Position numbers and translations under genes: made by a program
NCBI GenBank assembly: GCA_008632985.1
Contig: QPGO01000160.1
Location: 62,001-126,000 of the forward strand
Origin: Psammoneis japonica
Taxonomy: Eukaryota
Length of the DNA stretch: 64,000 bases
Direction of reading: 5' to 3'
Notes under the pieces: generated by a model
The model's input: the letters and a program-made list of their open reading frames with translations, nothing else
The model's database searches: none
Told to the model about the DNA's origin: nothing
Shown: positions 38,640-50,652 of the stretch, in pieces
Layout: every line of letters begins with the position of its first letter
How positions within the stretch are numbered: position 1 is the stretch's first letter

Positions 38640-41322
38640 CAGGGGTGGGGGCAGCTGTGCTTTTTGATGATTTGGAGGGCTTCATCTTTGCAACATTTTG
38701 TGTGATGACAAACTTCCACACAAATCAGCAAATGCCCAATTGCAGTCCAGGTGGCAGTTCACTTGTGTCAGGACAAATGGACTCCAGCTGGCAAGTTGTC
38801 TTCCCATGCTGTGGCACATTGATTTCTTGCTGATTCTTCAAAATCTTGGCTCTTGGTCTCTTGGTCTGATGTGCATGGTGCCCTGGCAGTCTGGTGGACC
38901 AATCGCTGCTTGCTGGGGTGTTGCTGGTCATGATGCACAGGTGAGATAAAACAGCAGACACAATTTCTTTGCCTCCTGCAGTCAACATGAAAAATTGCCA
39001 AGCTGCTGCAATCTGCATTTTCAGTTTGGGCATGGTGTTTTTGTGCATCTTTGTGGTCCAGAAAACCCAACTTGATGGCAAGGTGTCCTCATTCCTTGTT
39101 GGCTGAAGCACATTTCAAAAAGCAATCTCTCCCATCCTTTCTTTCAAACACTCCACCAAAATAAAGCATGCAGCAATCTCTGCACAAAACAAGAAGCAGT
39201 TGGTGTTTTGGTTGTGGCTCATCTCATGCTGTTGAGGTGCAAAGGTGTGCATTTTTGCATGGACACCAACTGCCATGGTGCTTCAGCTGGTTGCCTTTGC
39301 TGCTGTTGCGCAAGCTTCCCCACACAGAATCTCCAAGCAAGTTTTGTGTGTTTTTGGGAAGACAAAACTTGGTCACATGCTTGGGCTGACAAGAGGCAGT
39401 GGCGCAAGCACCGGCTGAGTTGCACTTGTGATTTGTTTGTGACCACCCCTTTCATCCTTTGGTGGTGAGGTGAGTTTGGTGATGGGACCCTCGCAGCTGG
39501 TCTCAGCCAAAGTCAGGAGCTGTGGCTGGCTTTGGCAATCTTTTGCACCTCCGCTCTGCCACTGTGCCTGCTCACAATTTGTCAAAGCAGTCTTTGGTGG
39601 AGACATGTCTTTGACAAACTTCAACAAGAATTTGCACACTTGCTTGAGATTGCAAGTGTTGAAACACTTTGCAAGACATTTCTGCTGCTCATGCACTTGT
39701 TGGAGCACAAAAAAGAGCATTGGAAACACTTTATGAGATTGTGCTTGGTTGCAAGCATCACTTGAGCAAACTGAAAATCCCTGACAAATTGGCCAAAAAA
39801 TGAAGAGTTGATGGATCATGCTGCACATGGAGCATCATGTGTGCTCACTTCTGGAAGCCAAAAAACAGCCTCCTTGCATTCACCTTCATTGCTTTGTTTG
39901 TTGCTTTTCCACCTGGTTCTTCAAGAAACAGCGCAACATCTCCCCAAATTGGTGCACAAAACAGGGGGCTTTTGTCCCGCCACCAGTGGGCTGCCATCAG
40001 CTGTTTTCCAGAGCTGCCAAGCACATTTGGCATTTTGCATGACTGGTGTTGGAAGTTTGGCAACTCAACAAGCAAGCTTGTTTCTTGCTCAGCATCAACA
40101 TTGCAGCCCAGAGTGTGCAGGCAACAGTGGCCACTTCTGCTTTTGTTTTTGTCAGGAGCATCTTTGTCATTGTCAAATGGCTGGGGCATTGATGCAACCC
40201 AGTTTTTGCAAGGCCAACATGGGCCAGCAGATGACAAAACTCTACATTCAGTTTTCTGCTGAATGATGATTCTTGTTGCAGCAGAAAAAGAGTGTGGTGC
40301 AACCCCATTGTCAACAATCTGCAATTGTGCTGCCCAAAGTGGAGGGGGGGGGCATCAAAGAGTGCAGCACGTGCTTCTTTCTAATGCACATCAAATGACA
40401 GAGATTCTCCTCCCTGGTCTTTGGCTGAAGTTGCTGCATTGGCACAGTGTTTGCTGACTGACTTGACAAAACAAAAGCAGCAGTGCATGTTTGATGTGTC
40501 AAGCAAATCAACACAATAAAATGTGGCTTGTTTTTCCCATTGTGTGCATTTCTGTTGCATGGCAACATGTTTTAAAATGGCAAAAAGATTGCAAATCATG
40601 CCACTTTTTTGGCAAACAAAGCATTTTCCACACTCTGTTTTAACAACAAGACCAGCTTTTGTTTGTTGCTCCACCATGCATTCTTTGACACAATTGCGCT
40701 GTTCGTTGAAGAAATCCCGCTGGCTGCGGCACTGCTCTTGTGCGTGCCAGAGTGGTGGGGCACGCAATCTTTGTAAAAAAGAAAAAAAGAGCTGCCTGCC
40801 ACCAACCATAAAGAAACAACATAGACATGGTGGTGCGAGCCATCGTCAGTGCTGCTGATGCATGGTGTGCTTTTTGGGTGTCTTTGTTTTGTGATCCCCA
40901 AAAAGCACACCATCAAAAGGAAGTGCAGGCCCAGAGCACCACACTCTGTGGCAGCACTGCATTGTGTGGTTTGTTGAAGAAATCCCATTGCACTGCTCTT
41001 GTGTGTGCCAGAGTGGCAGCGAATGTGACATTCGCAGATGGAAAATGAGCCAGCCGTTGTTCTCAACCCCTTGTCTGAAAAGCACAAAATCCAAAACAAA
41101 CAAAAAGCCACCACAGGAGCCACTTCAAGGCATGTGATTAAAAACCCTGTGCACACTGTGGAGGTGGAATTTTCTGAAAATGGTTGTTGATGGAGACGAT
41201 GCGAGACAAGGGTGAAAATGGCACAGAAGAGAGGTGCACAATTCGAGATTTCCTGTGCGTGAAAATCCACCTCACCAGTCAGAAATTGACTGCCACGTCA
41301 TCCACAGTTTCGCAGAACCCTG
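38640..41322 (-). mobile_element. Decayed hAT-like DNA transposon (tentative)
   Basis: Imperfect terminal IRs CAGGGGTGGGGGCAGCTGTG / CAGGGTTCTGCGAAACTGTG (14/20). Minus-strand relics PCAA*SIN (cf. CxxHxxNL), LLTLAETS (cf. TRW) and SWVFW..MPKL (cf. dimerisation domain). TSD not convincing. Strongly TpA/CpG-depleted. Confidence 0.5.
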
Positions 41323-41746
41323 GTCAGGGGTGAGCTGCGGTGTTGACGAAAAAGTTTGTCTTGTTCAATCCTCTGACACTAATTATTGTACTCGTACATC
41401 TAAACAGTTGTCTATAGGAAGACCACGACTGACGGTACACACATATATGTCCAAAACGAGAACAAGAACCGATTTTTTAAATGTACTTTTGTTCGCTTCC
41501 ATAGCTTGTTTATGGAAGCACATGTCTTTGCCCCGTTTGTACGGTACTAGGGCATAAATATTATGAGATGGTTGTTAAATGAAGTGACTGTGCATTTCCC
41601 TGTGTTTCGGTAAGACACGACATTCCCGGTTTTGTTTTCCCACCTACCGCTCACGCCAAAGGTTTTAAAAAATATCACAAGAGGCGAGACGAGGCAGAGG
41701 GAAGTCACAAAACGCCCCAAGCAGAGCAATCAAGATCGTCTTCAAG

Positions 41747-44700
41747 ATGACCTTCATTAGCAAGGGGGTGTTTCTCCTTCTCATCGTTTCTTGCTGTGAA
41801 GCATCAGGTAGGCAACCTGTTGAGGGACATTCGAAATGACGGAAATTGATATCATGGATTTGATTGCTCACCAAATTCTTGTTTTTTTTGTATTGCTATC
41901 TATGCAGACCTCGCAACGAAGCTGGGGCTCAATGATGAAGTGCCAGAGAATGAATCCAGGTTGCTGCAAATACTGCCACTTAAATCTGGGGTAAGTCTGA
42001 TAAAGTACGAAACAAGAAATTAATTTGCTTTGATATCTAACTTTGTTTTCGTTTCGTGGACGATCGATGATGAATTGAATCACTCTATAGCTCGACAAAA
42101 TTGGAGCCTGTTGTTTCCCCGATTTCCCCGAGTTTCCTGGTATCTGCGGAATCGCCAGCAAACTGGAATGTCTAGAAGCAGGTGGAAAGTTCCAGGGAGG
42201 AAACACCGAATGCTTCGACGACACCTGTCCCACGGACACCACACCGGCTCCAAATCCGCCTCCTACTCCAGAGCCTACACAAGCACCTGATTTTGATAAT
42301 GGAGCCTGTTGTATTCCTGATGCAGACCCCGGCGAAAACTGTAAAGTTACGAAGACTGCAGCAATCTGCGAGAGGAGATTCTCAGGCGTGTGGCAAGGAT
42401 TTGGATCGTCTTGCAGACAAATTTCTTGTGATGCTCTTACGCCAGCTCCAACCCCGCTCGATGTAGATCCTACTCTCAGCCCGACTCCATTTAACGTCGA
42501 TCCTACCACCAGTCCGACTCCTTCGGAAGGTGAAACAGGTAGCTGCTGTGTGGTTGATGGTTCTTGCGTCGATGACATTGACCAAGCCACCTGCGAGTTC
42601 AGCGGCGGAGAATTCAATGGCAGCGGAAGTGTGTGCGCTGATGCAAGCTGTGAAGCAAAGCCTGGGGCATGCTGCAAGCCTGACGGTTCATGTGAACGGG
42701 CCAAGAATAGTAGAAGGTGTGCTAGAGATTTTGGTGGTATCTTCCAAGGACCCGGCAGTGATTGTGATGACTTTGATGTCATTTGCCCCATTGAATCGAC
42801 TCCAGCGCCAACTCCATTTGACGTCGTCACGGGAAGCTGCTGTTTCCCTGACGGTTCTTGCTCCGACGACGTTGATGAAACTAACTGCAATCTTAGCAAT
42901 GGAGAATATAATGGCGACGGGAGCACCTGCATTACTTCCAACTGCAGGGTACAGCGTGGAGCATGCTGTACCGATACAGGAGCGTGCGCCGAGACGAGAA
43001 ACAAGAAGCGATGCACAGTGGACTTTAATGGTATCTTTCTAGGACATGGCACCAGCTGCGACGTCGAGGGAGCGACCTGTCAGGATCCTTCTACTTCATC
43101 ACCTACGCCTCTGAACGTTGATCCAACCCTTTCCCCTACCCCTCAGGCGGATTCAACGCCATCGCCTACGCCTCAAGAGGTCATCACGGGTAGCTGCTGC
43201 TTACCGGACGGAGCTTGCATTGAAGGAGTTGATGAAGCAAATTGCAACCTCAGCAATGGAGAATACAATGGAGATGGAAGCACGTGTGCTAATTCCAATT
43301 GCCAGGTACAGCCTGGTGCATGCTGCATTCCCGAAACTGGCGAATGTGAACAATCCGATAACGAGCAAAGTTGTTTTACAGACTTTGGCGGTTCCTTTCA
43401 GGGTCCTGGTACCAGCTGCGATGATGAGAACGTTGTCTGCCCAGTCGACCCAACGCCAAGCCCAACGACCAGTCCTACAACCTTGTCTCCGACATCAAGT
43501 CCAACGAGGTCTCCTACAACACCCTCCCCCACTGGTTTAGACGTTCAGTTCGGTGCCTGCTGTTTTCCAGACGGATCCGTTAAGTAATCCCGCTCTTATG
43601 TTGTTTAGCTTCCATAGTTCGTCAATCCTCACAACTCCTTGTTAACCCATTTCGTTTCTACTTAGTGTGGGGATCAGATTGATGAAACCACATGCGAAAT
43701 CGACGGAGGTATCTACAGCGGGGATGGAATCACGTGTGACAATGTCAGATGTCGGCCACAGCCTGGGGCGTGCTGCCTTCCGGATGGAGGCTGCATTGAG
43801 CGAAGGAGTGCTACTCGGTGCGAAAGAGATGATGGAGAATTCCAAGGAGCCGGAACCTCTTGTGATGATGAAGATATTGTCTGTCCTGTTCCACCCAGCG
43901 GGGCTTGTTGTTTGCTGGACGAAGACGGCACTTGTACCTCTACCACCGAAGCGGAATGTGAATCAGAGAATGGTCTCTATCAGGGGGACCAAACTGAATG
44001 TGATTTATCAACCTGTCCGATCCCATCTCCAAGCCCGACCTCTGCAACGCCTAGCCCGACTTCACAACACCGAGTCCTTCTGTTGCCACCCCTAACCCGA
44101 CCGTCGCAACGCCGAATCCGACCGTTTCAACCCCTAGCCCAACAGTCACAACGCCCAATCCGACCGCGGAAACCCCAAGCCCGACTCTCGTTACCCCAAG
44201 TCCGACACCAAAGCCCACGAGAGAACTGAGCGCTTGCTGCCTCGAGAGCGGTGAATGCACTCTGCTCACTACGAGGAAAAGGTGCGAGATCACGTTCGGC
44301 GGTAAATTTCAAGGCAAAGGTAGCGTCTGTGAAGACGACACATGCGCAATTACTCCCGCTCCAACGCCACTTGATGTTGATCCAACACTGAGCCCAACGC
44401 CTTTCAGCACCAATCCTGGCAACGGTACACTGAGTCCAACAGTTACAACGGCAAGTCCCACGCCAATGCCCACCAGAGCAAAATCTGCCTGCTGCTTGTC
44501 TGATGGCGAATGCATTCAGGTCACTACGAGGAAAAGGTGCGAGAATAGGTTCGGTGGTACATTTCAAGGTAGAGGTAGTGTCTGCGAAGACAACACCTGC
44601 GCAATTACTCCCGCGCCTACACCACCTCTTGACGTGAATACACCCAGTCCAACACCAATGCCGACCAGACGACCAAAATCTGCCTGCTGCTTGTCTGATG

Positions 44701-45773
44701 GTGAATGCATGCCTGTCACTACGAGGAAAAGGTGCGAGAACAGATTTGGTGGAATATATCAAGGAAGAGGCAGCGTCTGCGAAGACAAAACTTGCGCAAT
44801 TACTCCATCGCCTACACCCCCTCTTGATGTGGATACACCCAGTCCAACACCAATGCCGACGAGACGTCCAAAGTCTGCCTGCTGCTTGTCTGATGGTGAA
44901 TGCATGCCCGTCACAACGAGGAAAAGGTGCGAGAACCGGTTTGGTGGTATATATCAAGGAAGAGGAAGCGTATGCGAAGACAACACCTGCGCATTTACTC
45001 CTTCTCCAACTGCAACTCCAAAAACTCCTTCTCCGACACCACTCGATGTGATTGACCCAACCCCTCCCCCCACACCACCCACAGAGAAGCCAGGTGCCTG
45101 CTGCTATACATTTCCCAGCAAGGGCGGCAGCAAGGGAGGTGACAAGAGCAAATCCAAGGGCGGAAGCATGGGAGGCGACAAGAGCAAATCTAAAGGCGGT
45201 AGCAGCAGCAGTAGCAAGGGAGGCGACAAGAGCAAATCCAAGGGCGGAAAAGGCAAAGGTGGAAAGAAAGGATCATCCAGCAGTAAAGGAGGCAGCTCCA
45301 GTAGCAAAGGAGGAAAAGGCAAAGGTGGGTGGTGGAGAGATCGCGAGCTTACCTGGAATTTGTCTTGGAATAGAGACCGGAGATGGGATACGCATTTGAA
45401 CACAAAGCGGTACCGGACTGGAGAATGTAAAATTGTCCCAGAGTCCCAATGCTATGGAAAATGGAACGGAGCCGGGAGTACTTGCAACTATCTTACATGC
45501 CCAGCATCCGATATCGGAAAAGGCGGTTCCAAGGGCCGTTACTCCAAGGGCCGTTATTCCAAGGGCCACTCCAAAGGAGGCTCAAAGGGCCACACCAAGC
45601 TCTTCTCCAAGGGTCACTCTAAAGGCTATTCCAAGTTTTTCTCCAAGGGCGGCTCCAAGGGTCACTCCAAGGGAAGGTATTACCGTTATTTCAACAAGCC
45701 TAGCTCTAAGGGTGGAAAGGGAAAAGGTGGGAGTAGGAGCAAATCAAAAGGAAAAGGTGGAAAGAGAGCATAA
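41747..45773 (+). CDS. GACC-repeat gene E: 16 modules (N-terminal ones acidic), Thr/Pro linkers, Lys/Ser/Gly-rich C-terminus
   Basis: Exons 41747-41807, 41908-41990, 42091-43578 and 43666-45773. Signal peptide MTFISKGVFLLLIVSCCEAS; ESRLL (RxL); 1-bp frameshift near 44061; SKG repeats at the end. Confidence 0.82.
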
Positions 45774-46792
45774 ACCAGTCTTGACGCTTCTGATAAAGGG
45801 AAAAATCACACCACCACTTCTTGATTTCCATACAATAAGTTTTGCTTACTACACGATGCATTTTTCTTCGTCTACATTTTGCTTAAAAACGAGTGGAGCC
45901 CAAGATCTAAAACAGCATTTCGACCGCTCGATTTGTCGGTCGCAATTGCCACTCGTTTTTGTCTCCTTCGATTCTGAAATTCGGAGCAAAATACGCACCC
46001 GTTTCTTGAAAATCAAAATTTAGAACAAGGAGAATGACATAGACATGGCTTGCCATGATTGTGCAGTGTTTGTGATGAAGTTTCTTGATCGGTCTTGCTT
46101 TTCCAAATCAATAGTCTCTATTGTTTGCAATGTTCGTACCGGGATGGGCATCGTGATTTAGTGCAAAGCTGCCACATTAGCAACCGCAATCATTTGTCAA
46201 GCAATTTGCTACTTGATTCGTTTCGTTTCGTCAAGAGTTCAGGATCGACAAGCTCGATGGTGGGCCATTTTGTAACGCTAGAATGTTACGAGCTACACAG
46301 TCGTCATCGCGCAACTACAAGCAACATCAGTGCAAAAACAAGATGAGGTTGGACGAAACGAAAAACAATCCCCGATTTAGTTTTGAAGCCCCTGAAACCA
46401 AAACCATTGCCCCGTTTGCGCGTTCAGCTCATCGCCGTGCACCATGGGTGCCGTCGGTTTGTCCTCTCTCTCTCTCTCTCTCTAACGAACGAACGATCAA
46501 ACTACTCTATACTCTAGAGGCCAGATAGAGTACGGTAGCTTAGTGATGAAACCAGTGCTCATGTGTCTAGGATTTTTGATTCGTGGGTTGGTGGCGGCAT
46601 TTGGAATTTGGAATTTTCAGGGTGAGTCCAAATTGAAAATCAAAATGAATCTCGCCGTTTCTCCGCGCGTTCCCCGGCCCGCGACCGCGACCCACGATCC
46701 AGATCTGGATCGTTGAAGTCCCTACCGGTACATCATCATCATTGCGAATTTTCCTGTCAACATCAACATCACTTTGAACCCCCTTGCCCATC

Positions 46793-47551
46793 ATGGCAAC
46801 CACTCGCGACGAAACGAAGCCCTGCTGCCAGGGGTCAAGCCCTACAGACTATGTGTCCAAGGGTGAAGAATCTTTGCTTGGTGATATGAAAGTCTACACG
46901 GTTGGTCCTTCTTCTTCGGACAACAAGAAACCAATTGGGATTCTGGTATCTTACGATATCTTTGGCTTTGACATGACCGGAACTCGTCAGTTTTGCGATA
47001 AACTTGCGGAGACTACAGGATATACCGTTGTGTTCGGTGACTACTTTCGTGGGAATCCATGGCGCGAAGTCCAGTGGCCACTCCAAGGTGAAAAGGACCA
47101 AGTTTCCTTTATGGACTGGGTCAATTCGTTTTCGGACGAGCACTTGAGTGGGGACATTACAGTGCTTCGAAACTACCTACGAGAAAAGGGTATTGTCAAG
47201 ATTGGAGTCTTGGGATTCTGCTATGGTGGCAAGGTAACGGTATTGGCCGCCAAAATGACGGGACAGTTTCAAGCTGCCGCTACCATGCACGGTGCCTTTA
47301 TCAAAGATGACGACGCAAAGGATATCGACTGCCCGCTATTAATGGTGGATGCGGGCAATGACCCGGATCGCACAGAGCTCATCAAGGTCATGAAGGCCAA
47401 GGACGTTGCAACGTTGTGCGATTTTGTGCGGTTTCCCGACATGGAGCACGGTTGGACAAACCGCGGCGATCAGTCGATCCCAGAAGTGAAGAAGGCCATG
47501 GATGAGGCTTTCGACCGAGCTGTCAAATTCTTTCAGGACTGCCTTGAGTGA
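46793..47551 (+). CDS. Dienelactone hydrolase family protein
   Basis: DIFG, GFCYGG nucleophile elbow, AGND and HGWTNR (Cys-Asp-His triad). Confidence 0.92.
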   Translation: MATTRDETKPCCQGSSPTDYVSKGEESLLGDMKVYTVGPSSSDNKKPIGILVSYDIFGFDMTGTRQFCDKLAETTGYTVVFGDYFRGNPWREVQWPLQGEKDQVSFMDWVNSFSDEHLSGDITVLRNYLREKGIVKIGVLGFCYGGKVTVLAAKMTGQFQAAATMHGAFIKDDDAKDIDCPLLMVDAGNDPDRTELIKVMKAKDVATLCDFVRFPDMEHGWTNRGDQSIPEVKKAMDEAFDRAVKFFQDCLE

Positions 47552-48133
47552 AGAAAGAATGATGAATGTTATTGCGTTCGAAACTATATACAAATACCTA
47601 CCTACTGCTCGTTTTGCATCGATCAAGAACCTTTGTAACGTTCCGTAGTCGCTTGAGCGAATTCTTACCCACTCCTTCATAAAGTAGGTCCTTATTATCT
47701 TTGTTTATAGACATTTCGGTGATCCAATGGGGGATGATCCTGAGCAGTAAATTAGTAGAAGACCGCAATGAATGATGGGCCGAGAAGGCTTGAGGATGAA
47801 GGGCAAAACAACAACGCCAGGTTGGGTGCCAAGTCTGATGCCCTTAAATGCACTCCTCTATCAAAGAAATTGAAGAGAAAACTTGATTAGCGGTAGCAAT
47901 ACTCTTTCTAGAGATAAAAGGTAACTGTGGTTTAAGAGAATAGCAGATTCGTTTTCTTGCCCTTAAAGAAAATTAGAAAGCAGCAGCCGAACAAGACTTT
48001 TCTGGCATCCATAGTAGCATGCTGAAGTGTGATATCCACCATTGGAGTATATTGTAGATGCGCGGCTTCGAATGTAAAAACTCCATTCAAAAAGCTCCAA
48101 CTTTAGACAGCTAGAGCTAGTTTTCTCCTCTCT

Positions 48134-49234
48134 TTGTTGGCGGAACACCATTTGCACAGCTGGCGTGCTCGTTGCGAGGAAGCCGCAGTAGATTGGAAAG
48201 TGGTCTGCGCAACTGCCAAGCCCCACACTGGCAACCACTTCTTCCATCCGAAGGATGCTGCGAAGCTAGCTGCTCGAGTACCATCGGACTTAAAGAAACG
48301 AAACGAGCTCGAACTACTGTATGAAATCATGGGGCATCCAACAGATCCAGGATCGAAAAAGATGAAACCAAACACATCCCTTGAGCCTGTAGAAGTTACA
48401 GGTGTTGACTGCACATCTCAGTCTTCCCGAATCGCGGTTTGTCCAGACCGGAGCGACCGCCAAGCATTGAGCCGTACAGCTCGCAAATGAGTCGGCGAAG
48501 TGTCACAGCAAGATGCAGAATGACTCGCATTGCCAGCATCTGTACTCTGATGATGATGATCTGTCAGAGCGTGTCCGAGTTGTGGCGATTAAAGACCCAA
48601 ACCACCCGGCCCATCTGTTTGCATTGCCCAACTGTGTTGCACCCGGGGAGTTGTTGCCAACAGGAGCTTTAAGAGAGGCGAGGTGGTTTTTTGCCATGGA
48701 GGTGAAACAAGAGTCTTGACCTTTCATCATTTGAATGCAATGGACCACCAATCCACATTTGTGGGAAGCACAGCATTGGCAGAATGATCAACGATCCTTG
48801 TTCTGTTGGAAGCTCATGGAAAAGGAAAGTGAATTTAATGATGATGCCAGATTGGGACAATGCTTCTAAAACTCCTCAGATTCTCCTCATGGCAACTCAG
48901 GGCATTGGCAAAGGAGAAGAGCTGTTCTGTGACTGTGGGGCCCCCACATTGGAAAGTTTGCTGGAAACAAATGATGCTGGCACATGCCACATTCACTCCT
49001 CAAACAACTGCCAAATGCAAAGCCATGAAAAAGGCTCTTTGGGGAGGAGAGTTGGACGAAAGCTCTGTCAGCTCAGACAGCAACAACACTGATGACTCTG
49101 CCTGCACAGAAAGCAGTGACACCAATGAGGACGAGGCGGAGGAACACAATCGTGATGAGCAGCTGTGCAATGAAATGCCAGTTGCAGCTCTTGCTTGCCC
49201 ATCAACTTCCTGTGATTGGAACAATGAGGGGTGA
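48134..49234 (+). pseudogene. SET-domain pseudogene
   Basis: IGRMINDP and LMATQGIGKGEELFCDCG.. followed by frameshifted PHW (cf. ATRDIxxGEELxYDYGxxYW); stops and frameshifts. Confidence 0.7.
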
Positions 49235-49395
49235 GTTGGGCTCCCAACACAAATCTCATTGTGAATGACCAGTCCACATTGCAGCCGCACATGCACAAAC
49301 CACAAAGTTGCAGCTCTTGCTTGCCCATCGACTTCCTGTGATTGGAGCCGATGAGGGGTGAGTTTGGCTCTCAACACAAATCGTGTTGTGGATTG
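49181..49395. repeat. Imperfect direct repeat, period ~126 bp
   Basis: GTTGCAGCTCTTGCTTGCCCATC.ACTTCCTGTGATTGGA...GAGGGGTGAGTT at 49181 and 49307. Confidence 0.85.
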
Positions 49396-49859
49396 CCAAC
49401 AACCTTTGTGTGATTTGAGTTCACAATGCTTGACAAGCTGCCATTGCAAAGGTGAGAAAGGTGTCATTGACTCAAGTCTGTCAAAATGGCCTGAATGGGC
49501 TTGGCTCTAGAATGCAGTCTTGCCTCAAGAATGTGTCAAACTGCTCTGGTCTCAAAGAAATGAGTGCTCAGATTTGATGGACTGCATTCACAATCTAATG
49601 CTCTGCTCTGTCTGAATTTTCCACCATGTGTTTCTAAATGTTTGCAGTTGAAATTGCTGCAATTGACCACATGGTGCTGCATCATGGCCAACAACAAAAC
49701 CAATGAACAAGACAATTTGTTCAACTCAGGACATTTGTCATTTGAAGAGAGGACTGGAGCCACCAGCCAGCAGGTGGCTTGAATTGTTCCCTGCCAGCCC
49801 AAGGTTGCAAACAAGGGTGTGGCTCCAGACAACTTGTGGTTGTCAGCCCCCTTTCTGCC

Positions 49860-50652
49860 ATGGCACTCACTTGCAACAAAACAAAGCCCTGCTGCCAGAG
49901 GTCAAGCCCAACAGACCATGTTTCTGAGGGCAAAGAATCCATGCTTGGTGACATGAAAGTCTGCATGGGTGGTCCTTTTCTTGTTTTTCTTCAGATGATG
50001 ACATGAAAACAGCTGGGGCTCTGGCATCTTGCAGCATCTTTTGCTTTGACATGGCCAGAACTTGTCAATTTTGTGGTGAGCTTGCGGAAACGGCAGCACA
50101 CACCATTGCATTTGGTGACTGCTTTCATGGGAACCCATGGCACAAAGTCCAGTGGCCACTCACCAAGGTGAAAAGGACCAAGTTTCCTTTGTGGACTGGG
50201 TCAATTTGGTTTTGCACAAGCATGTGAGTGGAGACATTGCAGCACTTCACAGCCACCTGTGAGAAAAGGGCATTGTCAAAACTGGAGGTCTTTGGGCTCT
50301 GTCTTGATGGCGCAAGAAGAAAGTGATGGCATTGGCTGCCAAAGTGATGGGACAGTTTCAAGCTGCTGCTGCTGCTGCTGCCATGCATGGCACCTTTGTA
50401 AAAGACAACAATGCAAAGGACATCAGCTGCCCACTGCCAATGGCGTGTGTGGGCAATGGCCCAGATTGCACAGAGCTCATCAAGGTCATGGAAGCCAAGG
50501 ATGTTGGAACCTTGCATGACTTTGTGAATTTTTCCAACATGGAGCACGGTTGGACAAACTGCAGCAATCAGTTGACCCCAGAAGCAAAAAAGGCCATGAA
50601 CAAGGCTTTTGACCAAGCTGTTGAATTTTGTTGGGGCTGCCTGGAGTCATGA
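49860..50652 (+). pseudogene. Hypermutated duplicate of the dienelactone hydrolase gene
   Basis: Colinear with 46793-47551; frameshifts; differences dominated by TA->TG/CA and CG->TG/CA. Confidence 0.92.

Noticed and set aside
38600..41300. Many overlapping Cys/His-rich ORFs, also in 11000-12700, 48500-54200 and 59200-60900
   Set aside because: Explained by loss of TAA/TAG and excess TG/CA; not credible as genes or zinc-finger proteins.
15871..45569. Long antisense and alternate-frame ORFs over the GACC genes
   Set aside because: Shadows of repetitive, codon-biased coding sequence.
48040..48110. tRNA or snRNA suggested by TTCGAA
   Set aside because: No cloverleaf or snRNA consensus; no RNA gene could be supported anywhere in the window.
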